Assembly (NCBI RefSeq): GCF_000020025.1
Contig: NC_010628.1
Span: 3,930,001 to 3,962,000, forward strand
Direction of reading: 5' to 3'
Length of the DNA stretch: 32,000 nt
From: Nostoc punctiforme PCC 73102
GTDB taxonomy: Bacteria; Cyanobacteriota; Cyanobacteriia; Cyanobacteriales; Nostocaceae
Position 1 is the stretch's first letter. Every line of letters begins with the position of its first letter. Shown here piece by piece: positions 9,944 to 21,143 of the stretch. The notes under the pieces were generated by a model. That model saw nothing but the letters and a program-made list of their open reading frames with translations, did not search any database and was not told where the DNA came from. The translations under genes and the position numbers were made by a program.

Positions 9944-12900
9944 ATGAGCCAAATGGAAAGTATCGACCAGCTATCACCATCCCAACGCGCCCTTTTAGCG
10001 TTGAAAGAACTGCGTGCCAAGATTGATGCAATGGAACGGGCAAAAACAGAACCGATCGCAATTGTTGGTATGGCATGTCGGTTTCCGGGTGGTGCTGACG
10101 ATCCAGAAACATTTTGGCAGATATTACGGGACGGTACTGATGCCATTGTAGAAGTGCCGAGCGATCGCTGGGATATCGATACATATTACGACCCCAACCC
10201 AGATAGCCCTGGTAAAATGTCTAGCCGCTACGGTGGTTTTTTAAAGCAAGTAGATCGATTCGATGCCGAGTTTTTTGGGATCTCGCCACGGGAAGCAATT
10301 AGCATCGACCCTCAACAGCGTTTGCTATTAGAAGTCAGTTGGGAAGCTTTAGAAAATGCTTGTCAACCTCCTTCTGAACTTATGGGTAGTTCAACGGGGG
10401 TGTTTGTCGGTGTTACTACCAATGATTACACCCGCTTTTATGCCCAAGCGGGGGAACAGGGAATTGATGCTTATCAGGGAACAGGTAGCGCTTTTAGTGC
10501 AATGGTTGGTCGTCTTTCCTTTGTTCTGGGTTTTCAAGGGCCTTGTGTAGCACTGGATACTGCTTGTTCTTCTTCTTTGGTTTCCGTTCACCTGGCTTGT
10601 CAAAGCCTCCGCAACGGCGAGTGTGAGTTAGCTTTAGCCGGGGGAGTCAACCTGATTCTTACACCAGAAGCCAACATTATGTTCTCCAAGGCGAGAATGA
10701 TGGCAGCAGATGGACGTTGTAAAACCTTTGATGCCGCAGCTAACGGTTACGTGCGAGGAGAAGGTTGTGGCATAGTCGTACTCAAACGCCTTTCTCAAGC
10801 ACAAGCCCAAGGAGATAGAATCCTGGCGGTAATTCGCGGTTCAGCGGTCAATCAAGATGGTCGCAGCAGTGGGTTAACAGTACCCAACGGCATCGCTCAA
10901 GAAAACTTGATTCGGCAAGCGATCGCTAATGCTAAAGTACAACCACAGCAAGTAAGCTACGTTGAAGCCCACGGTACAGGGACATCTTTAGGAGATCCGA
11001 TAGAAGTAGAAGCGATCACTGCTACTTTAGGAAAAGAGCATACTACAGATAGACCTTTGGCGATCGGTTCTGTCAAAACCAACATCGGTCATTTGGAATC
11101 GGCTGCTGGCGTTGCAGGTTTGATGAAGGTGGTGTTGGCACTACAACATCAACAAATCCCACCCCATCTACATCTAAACCAACCTAACCCGTTGATTCCT
11201 TGGTCAGAACTGCCTTTAACAATTCCCACAACTCTTACACCTTGGCAAACCAACGGTGAAACTCGAATCGCTGGGGTAAGTTCCTTTGGATTTAGCGGCA
11301 CAAATGCCCACGCCATATTAGAAGAAGCACCTTTGGAGGAGGCAGGGAGAGCAGGGGAGCAGGGGAGCAGGGGGGCAGGGGGGCAGGGGGGCAGGGGAGA
11401 AGAAATTAGAAAGCGTCCTTTACATCTATTAACTCTGTCAGCCAAACATCCTCAAGCCTTACAGCAACTCGCTCAAAATTACATCAAGTACTTCTCATCC
11501 CATCCAGATATAACCCTTGGTGATATCACTCACACTTCACAAATTGGTAGAACACACTTTAGTCATCGCCTCGCCATTATTGCCCCTGACCATCAGCAAA
11601 TGCAACAACAGTTGCAAACCTATGTAGACAATAGTGAAATCATCGGTATTCATCACGGACATAGCAGCCAGCAAACCAAAAAAATTGCTTTCCTCTTCAC
11701 TGGACAAGGTTCACAATACCGCAATATGGGTCGGCAATTGTATGAAACTCAACCAAGTTTCCGCCAAACCCTTGACCAATGTGACACCCTACTGCAACCT
11801 CTACTAGGTGAGTCAATTTTATCGGTTATCTTCAGTGACAACTCAGAAAGCGATCGCCTCAACCATACCGCATATACCCAAGTTGCGTTATTCGTCATAG
11901 AATACGGACTTGCCCAACTGTGGCTATCCTGGGATATCCGTCCCACAGCAGTTGTAGGACACAGCGTCGGTGAATATGTCGCTGCTTGTATTGCTGGTAT
12001 TTTTTGTTTAGAAGACGCACTGAAATTAATTGTCCAACGTGCTTCTTTGATGCAAGCCTTACCCCAAGGTGGAGGGATGGCAGCAGTATTCGCTACTGTA
12101 GAACAAGTTAGACCTTTAATTGCTGACTATCTGCAACAATTGAGTATTGCAGCGATTAATGGCGAACAAAGTATTGTCTTATCTGGAGAATTAGAGATAC
12201 TCAATTCGGTACTGCAAAAACTAGAAAGCCAAGGCATTGAAACTAGAAAATTGCAAGTATCTCATGCCTTCCACTCGCCCTTGATGCAGCCGATGTTGGC
12301 GAAGTTTGAGCAAGTGACAGCAACAGTAAAATATCAACAGCCGAAATTAGATATTGTCTCGAATGTCACAGGCAAGATTGTCAGACAACAGGAAATGTCA
12401 AATGCGGCGTATTGGGTAGAACATATCCGAGCGAGTGTGCAATTTGCTGCTAGTATGCTGGCATTGTATCAAGCAGGATATGAGGTGTTTGTCGAGGTGG
12501 GGTCGCATCCGACACTGTTGGGGATGGCACGGCGTGAGTGTCCAGAAGTTTTGGAGGAAAAGGGGTTATGGCTGGCTTCACTGCGAAAAAGCCGGGGAGA
12601 TTGGCAGCAGTTGTTAGATTCAGTGGCGCAGTTGTATGTGGCTGGGGTGGAGATTGATTGGCGAGGGTTTGAGGCTGATTACCTGCGTCATAAGGTGGTT
12701 TTACCGAATTATCCTTGGCAGCGTCAACGCTATTGGTTGCCTACTGCTACCACCAAGCCGACAGTTAGACAAATCAGCGAAAACCTACTGCATCCTTTAT
12801 TGGGTTATCAGTTGCGATCGCCTTCTCTCAAGGATATTGTTTTTGAAACTCATTTGAACACAGCTAGTTTACCTTTCCTCGATGACCACCAAATTTATGA

Positions 12901-15562
12901 CACGGTGGTAGTACCGGGAGCTTCGCATATTTCTATGTTGTTGCTTGCAGGTCAAGAAATTCTGGGAACAGGGGCAATTTCGCTGAATAACATTACATTT
13001 AGGGAAGCGCTGACGGTTGGCGATCGCCAAACCATTAATGTACAACTTATTTTGCAACCTGAAGCCGCAGGTAAATATAAATTTGAACTCTTTAGTTTTA
13101 ATAAACAAATAGATAACTGGTTGGTACACGCTACAGGACGAGTCAGCCAAGATGTAGGCGATATTGAAAAACCTGTATCTTGGGCTGAGTTACAGACACG
13201 CTGTTCCCAAATACTGGCTGGTTCAGATTTCTACGCCCAAGTTAGAGAACAAGGATTGCAACTTGGTCAGCGTTTCCAATGGGTAGAATCTATGTGGCGG
13301 TGTGATGGTGAAGCATTGTGCCAAATGCAATTTCCCCAAGAATTTGCAGATGAAATTAACACTTATCTTCTGTATCCGGGATTAATCGATTCCTGTTTTC
13401 AGTTCTTAGGCTTTGCTTTACCCCAAGAACGACGAGATAACCAAGTTTACGTGCCCTTTAGCATAAATCACTTTTATTTTTGCGAGTCGCCAGATTTTAA
13501 CAGCCGTTTGTGGTGTTACGGAAAGCTAAATTCTCAAACGAGTTCAACAGCAGGAATGTTCATCGGTGATATCTGGCTGCTGAATGAAGCGGGAGAACTA
13601 GTAGCATACATTGAGGGACTTTGCTTAAAGCAAGCACCGCGTCAAGCTTTGCTCAGAGCCAACCAAGCACCAACTCAGGAATGGCTGTATCAAATCCAGT
13701 GGCAACCAAAGTCTAGATTATCAGAACAATTACCTGCTATTTCCGGTCGTTGGCTAATTTTCACCGATGCTAATGGTATTGGTAGAGTATTGGCACAAAA
13801 ATTAGAATATCAAGGCAAAGTTTGCATCCTTGTTTCTATCGGTGAAATTTATCAACAAATTGCTGAAAGTCAGTTTCAAATCGACCCCAGTCAACCGCAA
13901 CATTTCCATCAACTCTTACAAGATGTGGGGTCAGAGAATACACCATTGCACGGTATTATTCATCTCTGGAGTCTACTGGAAACCGAACAAACAAACTATC
14001 TAACGAGTTGCGGCAGTACTATCTACCTGTTGCAAGCCTTATCCAAATTATCAAACTGTCAAGCACGATTGTGGCTGTTTACCCAAGGCAGTCAACCTGT
14101 TGGTGATGAATTGACAATGAACAGTCTGACTCAAGCGCCTCTGTGGGGACTTGGGCGAGTAATTGCCATTGAGTATCCAGCAAATTGGGGCGGTTTGGTA
14201 GATATTGATACTAATAATTCTCCAGAACAGACAGCAGAGTTAGTACTAGGGGATATCTTACAGCCAGAGTCAGAAGATCATCTGGCTTTTCGCAATCATG
14301 AACGTTATGTGGCTCGTTTAGTTCGGGCAAAGCCTCAAGTATCAACACAACCTGTAAGATTTTCTGCCGATGCTACTTACCTAATTACTGGGGGATTAGG
14401 CGCACTGGGGCTAGAAGTTGCTCGTTGGATGATAAAGCAGGGAGTACAAAACTTAGTTTTAGTTGGTCGTCGTCCGCCTTCTGTAACTGCGTTGAATGCT
14501 ATTCAAGAGATGGAACAAGCAGGGGTTCAGGTGCAGGTAATACAGGCAGATATTACCGATTTCAACCAAGTTAAACAACTGCTGTCACCCTGCAAATCTC
14601 AACTGCGCGGCATTATCCATGCAGCTGGAGTGTTGAGTGATCGCATTATCTTACAGCAAACCTGGGAAAGTTTTACTCAAGTAATGGCTCCCAAAATTCA
14701 GGGAGCCTGGAATTTACACCATTTAACTCAGGATATATCGCTGGATTTCTTTGTAATGTTTTCCTCAGCCGCCTCTTTGTTGGGTGTAGCCGCACAGGGG
14801 AACTATGCAGCTGCAAATGCCTTTTTAGATGCCTTCGCCTACTACCGCCATTCTCAAGGACTACCTGCACTCAGTATCAACTGGGGAGCTTGGGCAGAAG
14901 TAGGGATGGCAGCAACCTTAGACCGCAGTCTGTCTGTAGGAGTGGAACGGATTGGAATTGAACAGGGATTACAGGTATTAGAGTCGTTGCTGAGTCGAGC
15001 CGATATGCCACAAGTAGGTGTGATTCCTGTCAATTGGCAAACCTTCCTCAAACAGTATCGCGCTGGTAAAGTACCGCCACTGCTCCAAGATTTTGCTGAG
15101 TATACCCAACCCGAAGAGAAATCAGAAACTACCCAAAGCACAATTCTGGAAAAACTGCAACAAGTTTCTGACGACAAACGACAGTCTTTGCTGCTAACCC
15201 ACGTCCGCAAACTGGCTGCGAAAGTGTTGAGACTCAACTCTTGGCAAAACCTTGATGCCGACAAACCCTTAATTGAAATGGGTCTCGACTCACTCATGGC
15301 GCTGGAGTTACGAAACGTTCTGGAAAATAGTTTGGCTTGTTCCTTACCAGCCACATTGTTATTTGATTATCCGAGTCTGCAAACTTTAGTGAATCATTTA
15401 ATCCAAGATGTGATGTCGTTGTCCAAATTAGAGGACTCATCATCTGCACCATCGCCAGAAGAGAGTGAACCATTAATCTCCCTGGAGGATTTAACCAGGA
15501 TGTCGGAAGCAGAAACAGAATTGCTACTCCTGAAAAAACTAGAACTGATAGATGGTAACTGA
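9944..15562 (+). CDS. Type I modular polyketide synthase (module 3: docking-KS-AT-DH-KR-ACP-docking)
   Basis: 1872-aa ORF. KS Cys 10565-10567. AT Ser 11963-11965 plus [20 protein letters not shown] (His CAC 12887-12889) and [18 protein letters not shown] (LxD), S/Y/N. ACP GLDSL (Ser TCA 15290-15292). Confidence 0.95.
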   Translation: MSQMESIDQLSPSQRALLALKELRAKIDAMERAKTEPIAIVGMACRFPGGADDPETFWQILRDGTDAIVEVPSDRWDIDTYYDPNPDSPGKMSSRYGGFLKQVDRFDAEFFGISPREAISIDPQQRLLLEVSWEALENACQPPSELMGSSTGVFVGVTTNDYTRFYAQAGEQGIDAYQGTGSAFSAMVGRLSFVLGFQGPCVALDTACSSSLVSVHLACQSLRNGECELALAGGVNLILTPEANIMFSKARMMAADGRCKTFDAAANGYVRGEGCGIVVLKRLSQAQAQGDRILAVIRGSAVNQDGRSSGLTVPNGIAQENLIRQAIANAKVQPQQVSYVEAHGTGTSLGDPIEVEAITATLGKEHTTDRPLAIGSVKTNIGHLESAAGVAGLMKVVLALQHQQIPPHLHLNQPNPLIPWSELPLTIPTTLTPWQTNGETRIAGVSSFGFSGTNAHAILEEAPLEEAGRAGEQGSRGAGGQGGRGEEIRKRPLHLLTLSAKHPQALQQLAQNYIKYFSSHPDITLGDITHTSQIGRTHFSHRLAIIAPDHQQMQQQLQTYVDNSEIIGIHHGHSSQQTKKIAFLFTGQGSQYRNMGRQLYETQPSFRQTLDQCDTLLQPLLGESILSVIFSDNSESDRLNHTAYTQVALFVIEYGLAQLWLSWDIRPTAVVGHSVGEYVAACIAGIFCLEDALKLIVQRASLMQALPQGGGMAAVFATVEQVRPLIADYLQQLSIAAINGEQSIVLSGELEILNSVLQKLESQGIETRKLQVSHAFHSPLMQPMLAKFEQVTATVKYQQPKLDIVSNVTGKIVRQQEMSNAAYWVEHIRASVQFAASMLALYQAGYEVFVEVGSHPTLLGMARRECPEVLEEKGLWLASLRKSRGDWQQLLDSVAQLYVAGVEIDWRGFEADYLRHKVVLPNYPWQRQRYWLPTATTKPTVRQISENLLHPLLGYQLRSPSLKDIVFETHLNTASLPFLDDHQIYDTVVVPGASHISMLLLAGQEILGTGAISLNNITFREALTVGDRQTINVQLILQPEAAGKYKFELFSFNKQIDNWLVHATGRVSQDVGDIEKPVSWAELQTRCSQILAGSDFYAQVREQGLQLGQRFQWVESMWRCDGEALCQMQFPQEFADEINTYLLYPGLIDSCFQFLGFALPQERRDNQVYVPFSINHFYFCESPDFNSRLWCYGKLNSQTSSTAGMFIGDIWLLNEAGELVAYIEGLCLKQAPRQALLRANQAPTQEWLYQIQWQPKSRLSEQLPAISGRWLIFTDANGIGRVLAQKLEYQGKVCILVSIGEIYQQIAESQFQIDPSQPQHFHQLLQDVGSENTPLHGIIHLWSLLETEQTNYLTSCGSTIYLLQALSKLSNCQARLWLFTQGSQPVGDELTMNSLTQAPLWGLGRVIAIEYPANWGGLVDIDTNNSPEQTAELVLGDILQPESEDHLAFRNHERYVARLVRAKPQVSTQPVRFSADATYLITGGLGALGLEVARWMIKQGVQNLVLVGRRPPSVTALNAIQEMEQAGVQVQVIQADITDFNQVKQLLSPCKSQLRGIIHAAGVLSDRIILQQTWESFTQVMAPKIQGAWNLHHLTQDISLDFFVMFSSAASLLGVAAQGNYAAANAFLDAFAYYRHSQGLPALSINWGAWAEVGMAATLDRSLSVGVERIGIEQGLQVLESLLSRADMPQVGVIPVNWQTFLKQYRAGKVPPLLQDFAEYTQPEEKSETTQSTILEKLQQVSDDKRQSLLLTHVRKLAAKVLRLNSWQNLDADKPLIEMGLDSLMALELRNVLENSLACSLPATLLFDYPSLQTLVNHLIQDVMSLSKLEDSSSAPSPEESEPLISLEDLTRMSEAETELLLLKKLELIDGN
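10052..11329 (+). other. Module 3 KS domain
   Basis: [39 protein letters not shown]. Confidence 0.85.
11341..11400 (+). repeat. In-frame octanucleotide tandem repeat (GCAGGGGR)x6 plus a degenerate leading unit, in the KS-AT linker of module 3
   Basis: 11351-11398 parses exactly as gcagggga gcagggga gcaggggg gcaggggg gcaggggg gcagggga. It encodes ...[16 protein letters not shown]... Confidence 0.9.
11651..12673 (+). repeat. 1023-bp tract, copy B, nucleotide-identical to 6901-7923
   Basis: See copy A. Identity ends at gag|agc (7923/7924) versus gag|gct (12673/12674), and begins at catcacggac (6901 / 11651). Confidence 0.9.
11687..12658 (+). other. Module 3 AT domain (malonyl-type motifs)
   Basis: Nucleotide-identical to the module 2 AT. 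GHSVGE, HAFH. Confidence 0.85.
12782..13639 (+). other. Module 3 DH domain
   Basis: [25 protein letters not shown]. Confidence 0.8.
13676..14908 (+). other. Module 3 KR domain (LxD, B-type)
   Basis: [25 protein letters not shown]...AQGNYAAAN. Confidence 0.8.
15176..15409 (+). other. Module 3 ACP
   Basis: [18 protein letters not shown]. Confidence 0.85.
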
Positions 15563-18500
15563 GATGAGCAAAAGCAACGAGCGAGTTGAGGAATTATCCC
15601 CTTTAAAACGAGCTTTACTGGCATTAGAAACAATGCAAGGCAAGCTGAACCGTCTGGAATCGAAAAAGACAGAACCAATTGCGATCGTTGGGATGGGATG
15701 CCGTTTTCCTGGCGGTGTTAATAATCCTCAGACTTTTTGGCAGTGCTTGCGCGATGGTGTGGATGCAATGCAAGAAATTCCTGGCGATCGCTGGGATTTG
15801 GAAACATACTACAATGTCGATGCTGATGCTGCTGGCAAGATGTACACTCGTCACGGTGCTTTCGTTGATGACGTTGATAAATTTGATGCTGATTTTTTCA
15901 GTATTTCTCCCAGGGAAGCCGCATTTATTGACCCACAGCAGCGCTTGTTTTTAGAGGTATGTTGGGAAGCCCTAGAGCAGTCAGGAGAACGACCAGACCA
16001 ACTAGCAGGTAGTCGTACAGGGGTATTTGTCGGTGTGATGTACGCCGATTACTCGCGGTTACAGGGTACTGTAATTGATGCCTACAGCAGTACTGGCAAT
16101 AGCATGAGTGTGGTATCAGGACGGGTTTCTTACCTGCTGGGTTTGCAAGGGCCGAGTGTCACTTTAGATACAGCTTGTTCTTCTTCCTTGGTAACTGTAC
16201 ATTTAGCTTGTCAAAGTTTGCGCTCCGGTGAATGTAACTTGGCTTTGGCGGGTGGGGTGAGTCTGATGTTGATTCCCGACAACAACATTACCCTATGTCG
16301 CACCCGCGCTTTATCCCCTACGGGGCGTTGCAAAACCTTTGATGCTGATGCTGACGGCTTCGCGCGTGGTGAGGGATGCGGCACGATCGCTCTCAAACGC
16401 CTCAGTGATGCGATCGCAGATGGCAACCCAATCTTAGCGGTAATTCGCGGTTCTGCCGTTAATCAAGATGGACGCAGCAACGGTTTGACTGCTCCCAATG
16501 GCCCGGCTCAACAGGCAGTGTTACGAGAAGCTTTAGCCAACGCTGGAGTAAAGCCCCATCAAGTCAGTTATGTGGAAGCGCATGGTACAGGTACGCCTTT
16601 GGGAGACCCGATTGAGGTGAGTTCACTGGCGGCTGTTTTGGGTGAAGGGCGATCGCCAAATCACCCCCTAGCTTTGGGTTCAGTGAAAACCAATATTGGA
16701 CATTTAGAATCAGCAGCTGGTGTGGCAGGTTTAATCAAAGTTGTCCTGGCAATGCAGCATCAGCAAATTCCGCCCCATCTCCACTTCCAAAAGTTGAATC
16801 CTTACATTTCTTGGGGGAATCTGCCGATTTCGATTCCCACAGAACTCACTCCCTGGGATAGTGGCACAGAACGACGCATTGCTGGGGTGAGTTCCTTTGG
16901 CTTTAGCGGTACAAATGCTCATGTGATACTCGAAGAAGCACCGCTTTTGCCCACAGAGCCAGCTTTGGTATCAGTAAAAGATTATCTTTTACCTCTATCT
17001 GCTAAAAATCCCGCCGCACTCTTGGATATGGCGCAAGCTTACCGAGCTTTTCTTCCAGGTAAAACTAACTTGCTGGATATTGCTTATACTACTAGTCTGC
17101 GCCGTCCTCATCATAAGCATCGCATCGCTTTGGTAGGGCAGTCTATCGAGCAATTGACAGCAGCACTTGACGCTTTTGTAGAAGGTGAATCTCACCCCAA
17201 TTTAGTACCCAGTAACCCACATTCAGATGATTTATCTGGCTTGGTTTTCGTGTTTTCTGGACAGGGGGCGCAATGGATAGGGATGGGACGGCAACTCTTG
17301 GCACAGGAGCTTGTGTTTCGAGAGACTATACAAGAGTGCGATCGCATCTTAAAATCCCTCACTCATTGGTCACTACTCCAAGAACTAGCAGCACCAGAGG
17401 ACATTTCTCGCCTGCAAGATACTGAGGTTGCCCAACCTGCCATTTTAGCGATCCAAGTTGCCCTAACTGCCTTGTGGCGTTCTTGGGGCATTGAACCTGC
17501 GGCGGTTGTGGGTCATAGTCTCGGTGAAATCACTGGTGCTTATGTAGCAGGTGTCTTTAGTTTAGAAACAGCTTTGCGGATTGTTGTGCAACGAGCTTCC
17601 TTGATGCAGCAGGCTACAGGCAAAGGCAAAATGGCAGCTATCGGGATGCCTTGGCAAGAACTCAAACCCTGGCTAGAGGAATTTCCTGGTTTAGCGATCG
17701 CCGCTATTAACAGCCCCGCTTCTACCGTCGTTGCTGGTGATGCAACTGCTTTAGAAACTTTGTCTCAAAAACTACAAGCCCAGGAAATATTCTGTCGATT
17801 GCTGCGGGTCAATTATGCCTTTCACTGTCCACAGATGCAGCTTTACAGCGAGGAACTGGTTAACCTTTTGGCAGGATTGCAACCGCAAGTTGCCCAATTA
17901 CCCCTCTTCTCCACAGTTACCGGAACCAGCAGCGAAGGACGAGATTGGGATGCTGCTTATTGGGGGCGGAATATGCGATCGCCTGTGCAATTCAGTCAGG
18001 CTATTGAAAACTCGGTATATGAAGGATATACCTGTTTTGTTGAGGTCAGCCCTCACCCCGTCTTATCCCAGAATATTCAAGAATGTTTGCAGCACACAGG
18101 CAAAGCTGGAATTGTCCTCGCCTCTATGCACAGAGAGCGACAAGAGCGATATTTTTTACTCAGCGAGCTAGGTCGCCTCTACACCTTGGGCTATCAACCA
18201 CGATGGCAGGCTTTATATCCAGAAAATAGAAGGTGCGTTTTACTACCGACTTATCCCTGGCAACATCAACGCTACTGGTTAGAAGGTAGCAATTCTTTAC
18301 CAGCAAGAAGAACATCACGACAGCCGTTATTAGGGGAATCCTTGCCTAGTCTGGCGCACCTGCCAGAAATGCGGATTTGGCAAACACAATTGGATTTGCG
18401 ATCGCTTCCTTACCTCAACGACCATCGGGTACAAGGTGTGATGGTGTTACCTGGGTCAGGTTATGTAGAAATGGTATTAGCTGCTGCAACTGAGATATTT

Positions 18501-21143
18501 GGTGCAGGTAAACATACCCTAGAAGTTTTGCACTTTCAACAAGGTCTATTCATTCCCGAAGCAGAAACTCAGACTGTACAAATTTGCTTGCAACCAGGAA
18601 ACACACCAGACACTCTCAACTTTGATTGTTACAGCCGTCTTAGTATAAACCCAGAGACTAAATGGCGGCATCATGCCAGTGGTACGGTGTGCCGAGGTGA
18701 CGGGGAAATCACACCCACCATTCCCGTAACGGTGGCAGAAATTCAAGCCCGTTGTCAGGAAGTTATCTCTGGCACACAGCACTATCAACAAATGGCAGAA
18801 CAAGGTTTGCTTTATGGAGCCAGCTTTCAAGGCGTAGAGCAAATCTGGCGACGAGAAGGGGAAGCCCTCGGTCGCATCCACCTACCAGCATCTTTACACG
18901 CAGAAATCGCCAACTACCAAATTCATCCCGTTATTTTGGATGCCTGTTTTCAGGTAATAGCTTTGGCGACTCCCTTAGCTAACCCTGATGCTGAGGCAGA
19001 AGGAGCTTATTTGCCAGTACGTCTAGACAAACTCCGACTTTATCAGCAACCGGATGCCACAGGTTTGTGGGCACACTTGCAGTTAAAACCTGTAGTAGAA
19101 ACAGATGCCTTTGCTGCTGAGTTAGTCCTATTCAACGACCAAGGACAACGGATATTAGATGCTGAATGCTTGCGTATTCAGAAACTTGATAGTCAAAGTG
19201 AAAATAATTCTAGCGATTGGTTCTATGAGATTAGCTGGGAAAGACTTTTAAGACAGACAGACAGGGAGACGGAAGGACACAGCGAACAAAATCAAGGCTA
19301 TTGGCTGATATTGACAGACAGACAGGGAATTGGAGAGAATCTCAGCCAACAATTGCAGCAGCAAGGCGGAAATTGCATCTTAGCTTTTGCAGGTGAAACT
19401 TATCAGAAACAGGATTCACAGCATTATCAAATTCAGCCAAATTGTTTAGATGACTTCAAGCAACTCCTACAAACTGTTTCTAGTGAATGCTTGGGAATAG
19501 TGCATCTGTGGAGTTTAGATATCACTCCAGCAGAATTGACTACCCTAGCTTCACTAACTGGTGACGACAATATGGGAGATCGTCCACTTGGCGATCGCAA
19601 TTTGGGGTGTATCAGCACTCTTCATTTAGTCCAAGCATTGGCAGAAACAGGTTGGCAAAATACACCCCGTCTCTGGCTAGTTACCCGTGGCGCACAGCCT
19701 GTAGATTCGAATCTTAGTATTGCCCAATCGCCTCTATGGGGACTGGGACGCGTCATTGCTCAAGAACATCCAGACTGGCGTTGCTCAATGGTGGATTTGG
19801 CACCAGTACCTGAACCATCAGAAATTCCATCACTTTTACAGCTACTACAAGCAGACGATGTGGAAAATCAAATCGCTCTGCGTGGGGATGTGTCCTACGT
19901 TGCCAGACTGAAGCGATATTTACCCAGTTATTCAGAACTACCAAACTTCCACCCCCAAGCAACCTACCTCATTGCGGGAGGTCTGCGGGGTCTGGGTTTA
20001 CAAGTAGCTACTTGGATGGTGGAGAGGGGAGCTAGATATTTGGCATTGATGGCGAGAAGTCAGCTGACACCTGAAACCTTAGAAGTTTTACAAACTCTGG
20101 AAACTGCTGGAGCAAAAATTAAGGTGCTTCAGGCGGATATCAGCCAGGCTGAGGAAGTAGCTAAAGCGATCACTCAATTAGACCAAGATATGCCACCATT
20201 ACGGGGTGTAATTCACAGCGCTGCTGTTTTGGATGACGGCATTCTCTTACAATTAACCCCAGAAAGGTTGCACAAAGTCATGCAACCCAAGATAGAAGGA
20301 GCATGGAATCTCCACACACACACCCTCAACAAACCCCTAGATTTCTTTGTGCTGTTTTCTTCAGCTGCTTCACTCCTGGGTTCTGCCGGACAAGGAAACT
20401 ATGCGGCGGCCAATGCCTTTTTAGATGGGTTAGCTCATTATCGGCAAAGCCAAAATCTGCCTGCACTCAGTATCAACTGGGGTGCGTGGGCAGAAATAGG
20501 TTTAGCAGCAGCCCAGACAAATCGGGGCGATCGCATGGCATCTCTGGGTTTTAGTAGCATTCTCCCACAGCAAGGCTTAGATATTTTAGGACACCTGCTA
20601 ACGGATAAAACCGCACAATTAGGTGTGATTCCCATCAATTGGGCAAAAGTCTTACGTGCTAATCCAGCCGTTATCAAGATGCCTTTGTTTCAATTGCTGA
20701 CAGAGGTCTTTAGTAGCTCTGGAGAAATCGATACTGACAAAAGCACAAATTTTCTTTCCCGTCAAGCACTTTTAGCAACTCCATTAGATGAGCGTCAACT
20801 ACTTTTGGAAACCTACTTCCACGAACAAGTGGCTAGGGTGCTGCGAATGCCAGCCTCGAAACTCGATCGCCATCAGCCCCTCAACAGCCAAGGACTAGAT
20901 TCTTTAGTGGCGGTGGAGTTAAAGAACAAACTTAAAAACGACTTGGGCATTGATTTACCGATGATTCGCTTCATTCAAGGCCCTAGTATTGCCCAGTTAT
21001 CTGCACAAGTACTCACTCAAATTACACAGGAAATGTCATCAGTATCATCTGTCCTTGTATCTCCTCCTCATCTGAGGAGCAATTCTGCTAGACCTGTTGA
21101 ATTAGCCACCAGTAATCAAGAATGGGAGGATGGCGAACTATGA
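15552..21143 (+). CDS. Type I modular polyketide synthase (module 4: docking-KS-AT-DH-KR-ACP + acidic C-terminal tail)
   Basis: 1863-aa ORF. The ATG at 15552 overlaps the end of the upstream gene (stop TGA 15560-15562); an in-frame alternative ATG lies at 15564. KS Cys TGT 16176-16178. AT GHSLGE (Ser AGT 17517-17519) with [19 protein letters not shown] (His CAT 18423-18425) and DACFQ. KR LDD, K/S/Y/N. ACP GLDSL (Ser TCT 20901-20903). Clearly more diverged from modules 1-3 than they are from each other. Confidence 0.93.
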   Translation: MVTEMSKSNERVEELSPLKRALLALETMQGKLNRLESKKTEPIAIVGMGCRFPGGVNNPQTFWQCLRDGVDAMQEIPGDRWDLETYYNVDADAAGKMYTRHGAFVDDVDKFDADFFSISPREAAFIDPQQRLFLEVCWEALEQSGERPDQLAGSRTGVFVGVMYADYSRLQGTVIDAYSSTGNSMSVVSGRVSYLLGLQGPSVTLDTACSSSLVTVHLACQSLRSGECNLALAGGVSLMLIPDNNITLCRTRALSPTGRCKTFDADADGFARGEGCGTIALKRLSDAIADGNPILAVIRGSAVNQDGRSNGLTAPNGPAQQAVLREALANAGVKPHQVSYVEAHGTGTPLGDPIEVSSLAAVLGEGRSPNHPLALGSVKTNIGHLESAAGVAGLIKVVLAMQHQQIPPHLHFQKLNPYISWGNLPISIPTELTPWDSGTERRIAGVSSFGFSGTNAHVILEEAPLLPTEPALVSVKDYLLPLSAKNPAALLDMAQAYRAFLPGKTNLLDIAYTTSLRRPHHKHRIALVGQSIEQLTAALDAFVEGESHPNLVPSNPHSDDLSGLVFVFSGQGAQWIGMGRQLLAQELVFRETIQECDRILKSLTHWSLLQELAAPEDISRLQDTEVAQPAILAIQVALTALWRSWGIEPAAVVGHSLGEITGAYVAGVFSLETALRIVVQRASLMQQATGKGKMAAIGMPWQELKPWLEEFPGLAIAAINSPASTVVAGDATALETLSQKLQAQEIFCRLLRVNYAFHCPQMQLYSEELVNLLAGLQPQVAQLPLFSTVTGTSSEGRDWDAAYWGRNMRSPVQFSQAIENSVYEGYTCFVEVSPHPVLSQNIQECLQHTGKAGIVLASMHRERQERYFLLSELGRLYTLGYQPRWQALYPENRRCVLLPTYPWQHQRYWLEGSNSLPARRTSRQPLLGESLPSLAHLPEMRIWQTQLDLRSLPYLNDHRVQGVMVLPGSGYVEMVLAAATEIFGAGKHTLEVLHFQQGLFIPEAETQTVQICLQPGNTPDTLNFDCYSRLSINPETKWRHHASGTVCRGDGEITPTIPVTVAEIQARCQEVISGTQHYQQMAEQGLLYGASFQGVEQIWRREGEALGRIHLPASLHAEIANYQIHPVILDACFQVIALATPLANPDAEAEGAYLPVRLDKLRLYQQPDATGLWAHLQLKPVVETDAFAAELVLFNDQGQRILDAECLRIQKLDSQSENNSSDWFYEISWERLLRQTDRETEGHSEQNQGYWLILTDRQGIGENLSQQLQQQGGNCILAFAGETYQKQDSQHYQIQPNCLDDFKQLLQTVSSECLGIVHLWSLDITPAELTTLASLTGDDNMGDRPLGDRNLGCISTLHLVQALAETGWQNTPRLWLVTRGAQPVDSNLSIAQSPLWGLGRVIAQEHPDWRCSMVDLAPVPEPSEIPSLLQLLQADDVENQIALRGDVSYVARLKRYLPSYSELPNFHPQATYLIAGGLRGLGLQVATWMVERGARYLALMARSQLTPETLEVLQTLETAGAKIKVLQADISQAEEVAKAITQLDQDMPPLRGVIHSAAVLDDGILLQLTPERLHKVMQPKIEGAWNLHTHTLNKPLDFFVLFSSAASLLGSAGQGNYAAANAFLDGLAHYRQSQNLPALSINWGAWAEIGLAAAQTNRGDRMASLGFSSILPQQGLDILGHLLTDKTAQLGVIPINWAKVLRANPAVIKMPLFQLLTEVFSSSGEIDTDKSTNFLSRQALLATPLDERQLLLETYFHEQVARVLRMPASKLDRHQPLNSQGLDSLVAVELKNKLKNDLGIDLPMIRFIQGPSIAQLSAQVLTQITQEMSSVSSVLVSPPHLRSNSARPVELATSNQEWEDGEL
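15672..16940 (+). other. Module 4 KS domain
   Basis: [39 protein letters not shown]. Confidence 0.85.
17244..18206 (+). other. Module 4 AT domain (divergent; GHSLGE + YAFH)
   Basis: [32 protein letters not shown]. Confidence 0.8.
18321..19187 (+). other. Module 4 DH domain
   Basis: [34 protein letters not shown]. Confidence 0.8.
19221..20501 (+). other. Module 4 KR domain (B-type)
   Basis: [25 protein letters not shown]...GQGNYAAAN. Confidence 0.78.
20784..21017 (+). other. Module 4 ACP
   Basis: [18 protein letters not shown]. Confidence 0.85.

Noticed and set aside
11341-11400. The G-rich tandem repeats as a CRISPR array or other non-coding repeat.
   Set aside because: Period is 8 nt with no spacers, the repeats lie within an uninterrupted reading frame, and they sit at the same linker position in three paralogous modules.
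14854-15354. A 166-aa antisense ORF, and many similar 60-110-aa antisense or alternate-frame ORFs inside the PKS/NRPS genes (for example 8360-8674, 18546-18881, 11149-11445, 25099-25401).
   Set aside because: All are embedded in coding sequence whose sense frame carries complete, ordered catalytic motifs. Their translations are low-complexity (P/S/C/R-rich) with no recognisable domains, and identical copies simply mirror the AT duplication.
19575-19607. A tandem 15-nt duplication encoding [10 protein letters not shown] in the module 4 KR structural subdomain, containing a HIP1 site.
   Set aside because: It is real in the sequence but short and imperfect, and it lies in a surface-linker region. 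It probably has no functional consequence beyond illustrating HIP1-associated slippage.
19977-19997. Module 4 KR glycine-rich loop reads GGLRGLG where the paralogues have GGLG(G/A)LG. I considered calling KR4 inactive.
   Set aside because: In the SDR motif TGxxxGxG the Arg falls at a variable x position, and the conserved Gly residues and the K/S/Y/N catalytic set are all present. This is not sufficient evidence for inactivity.
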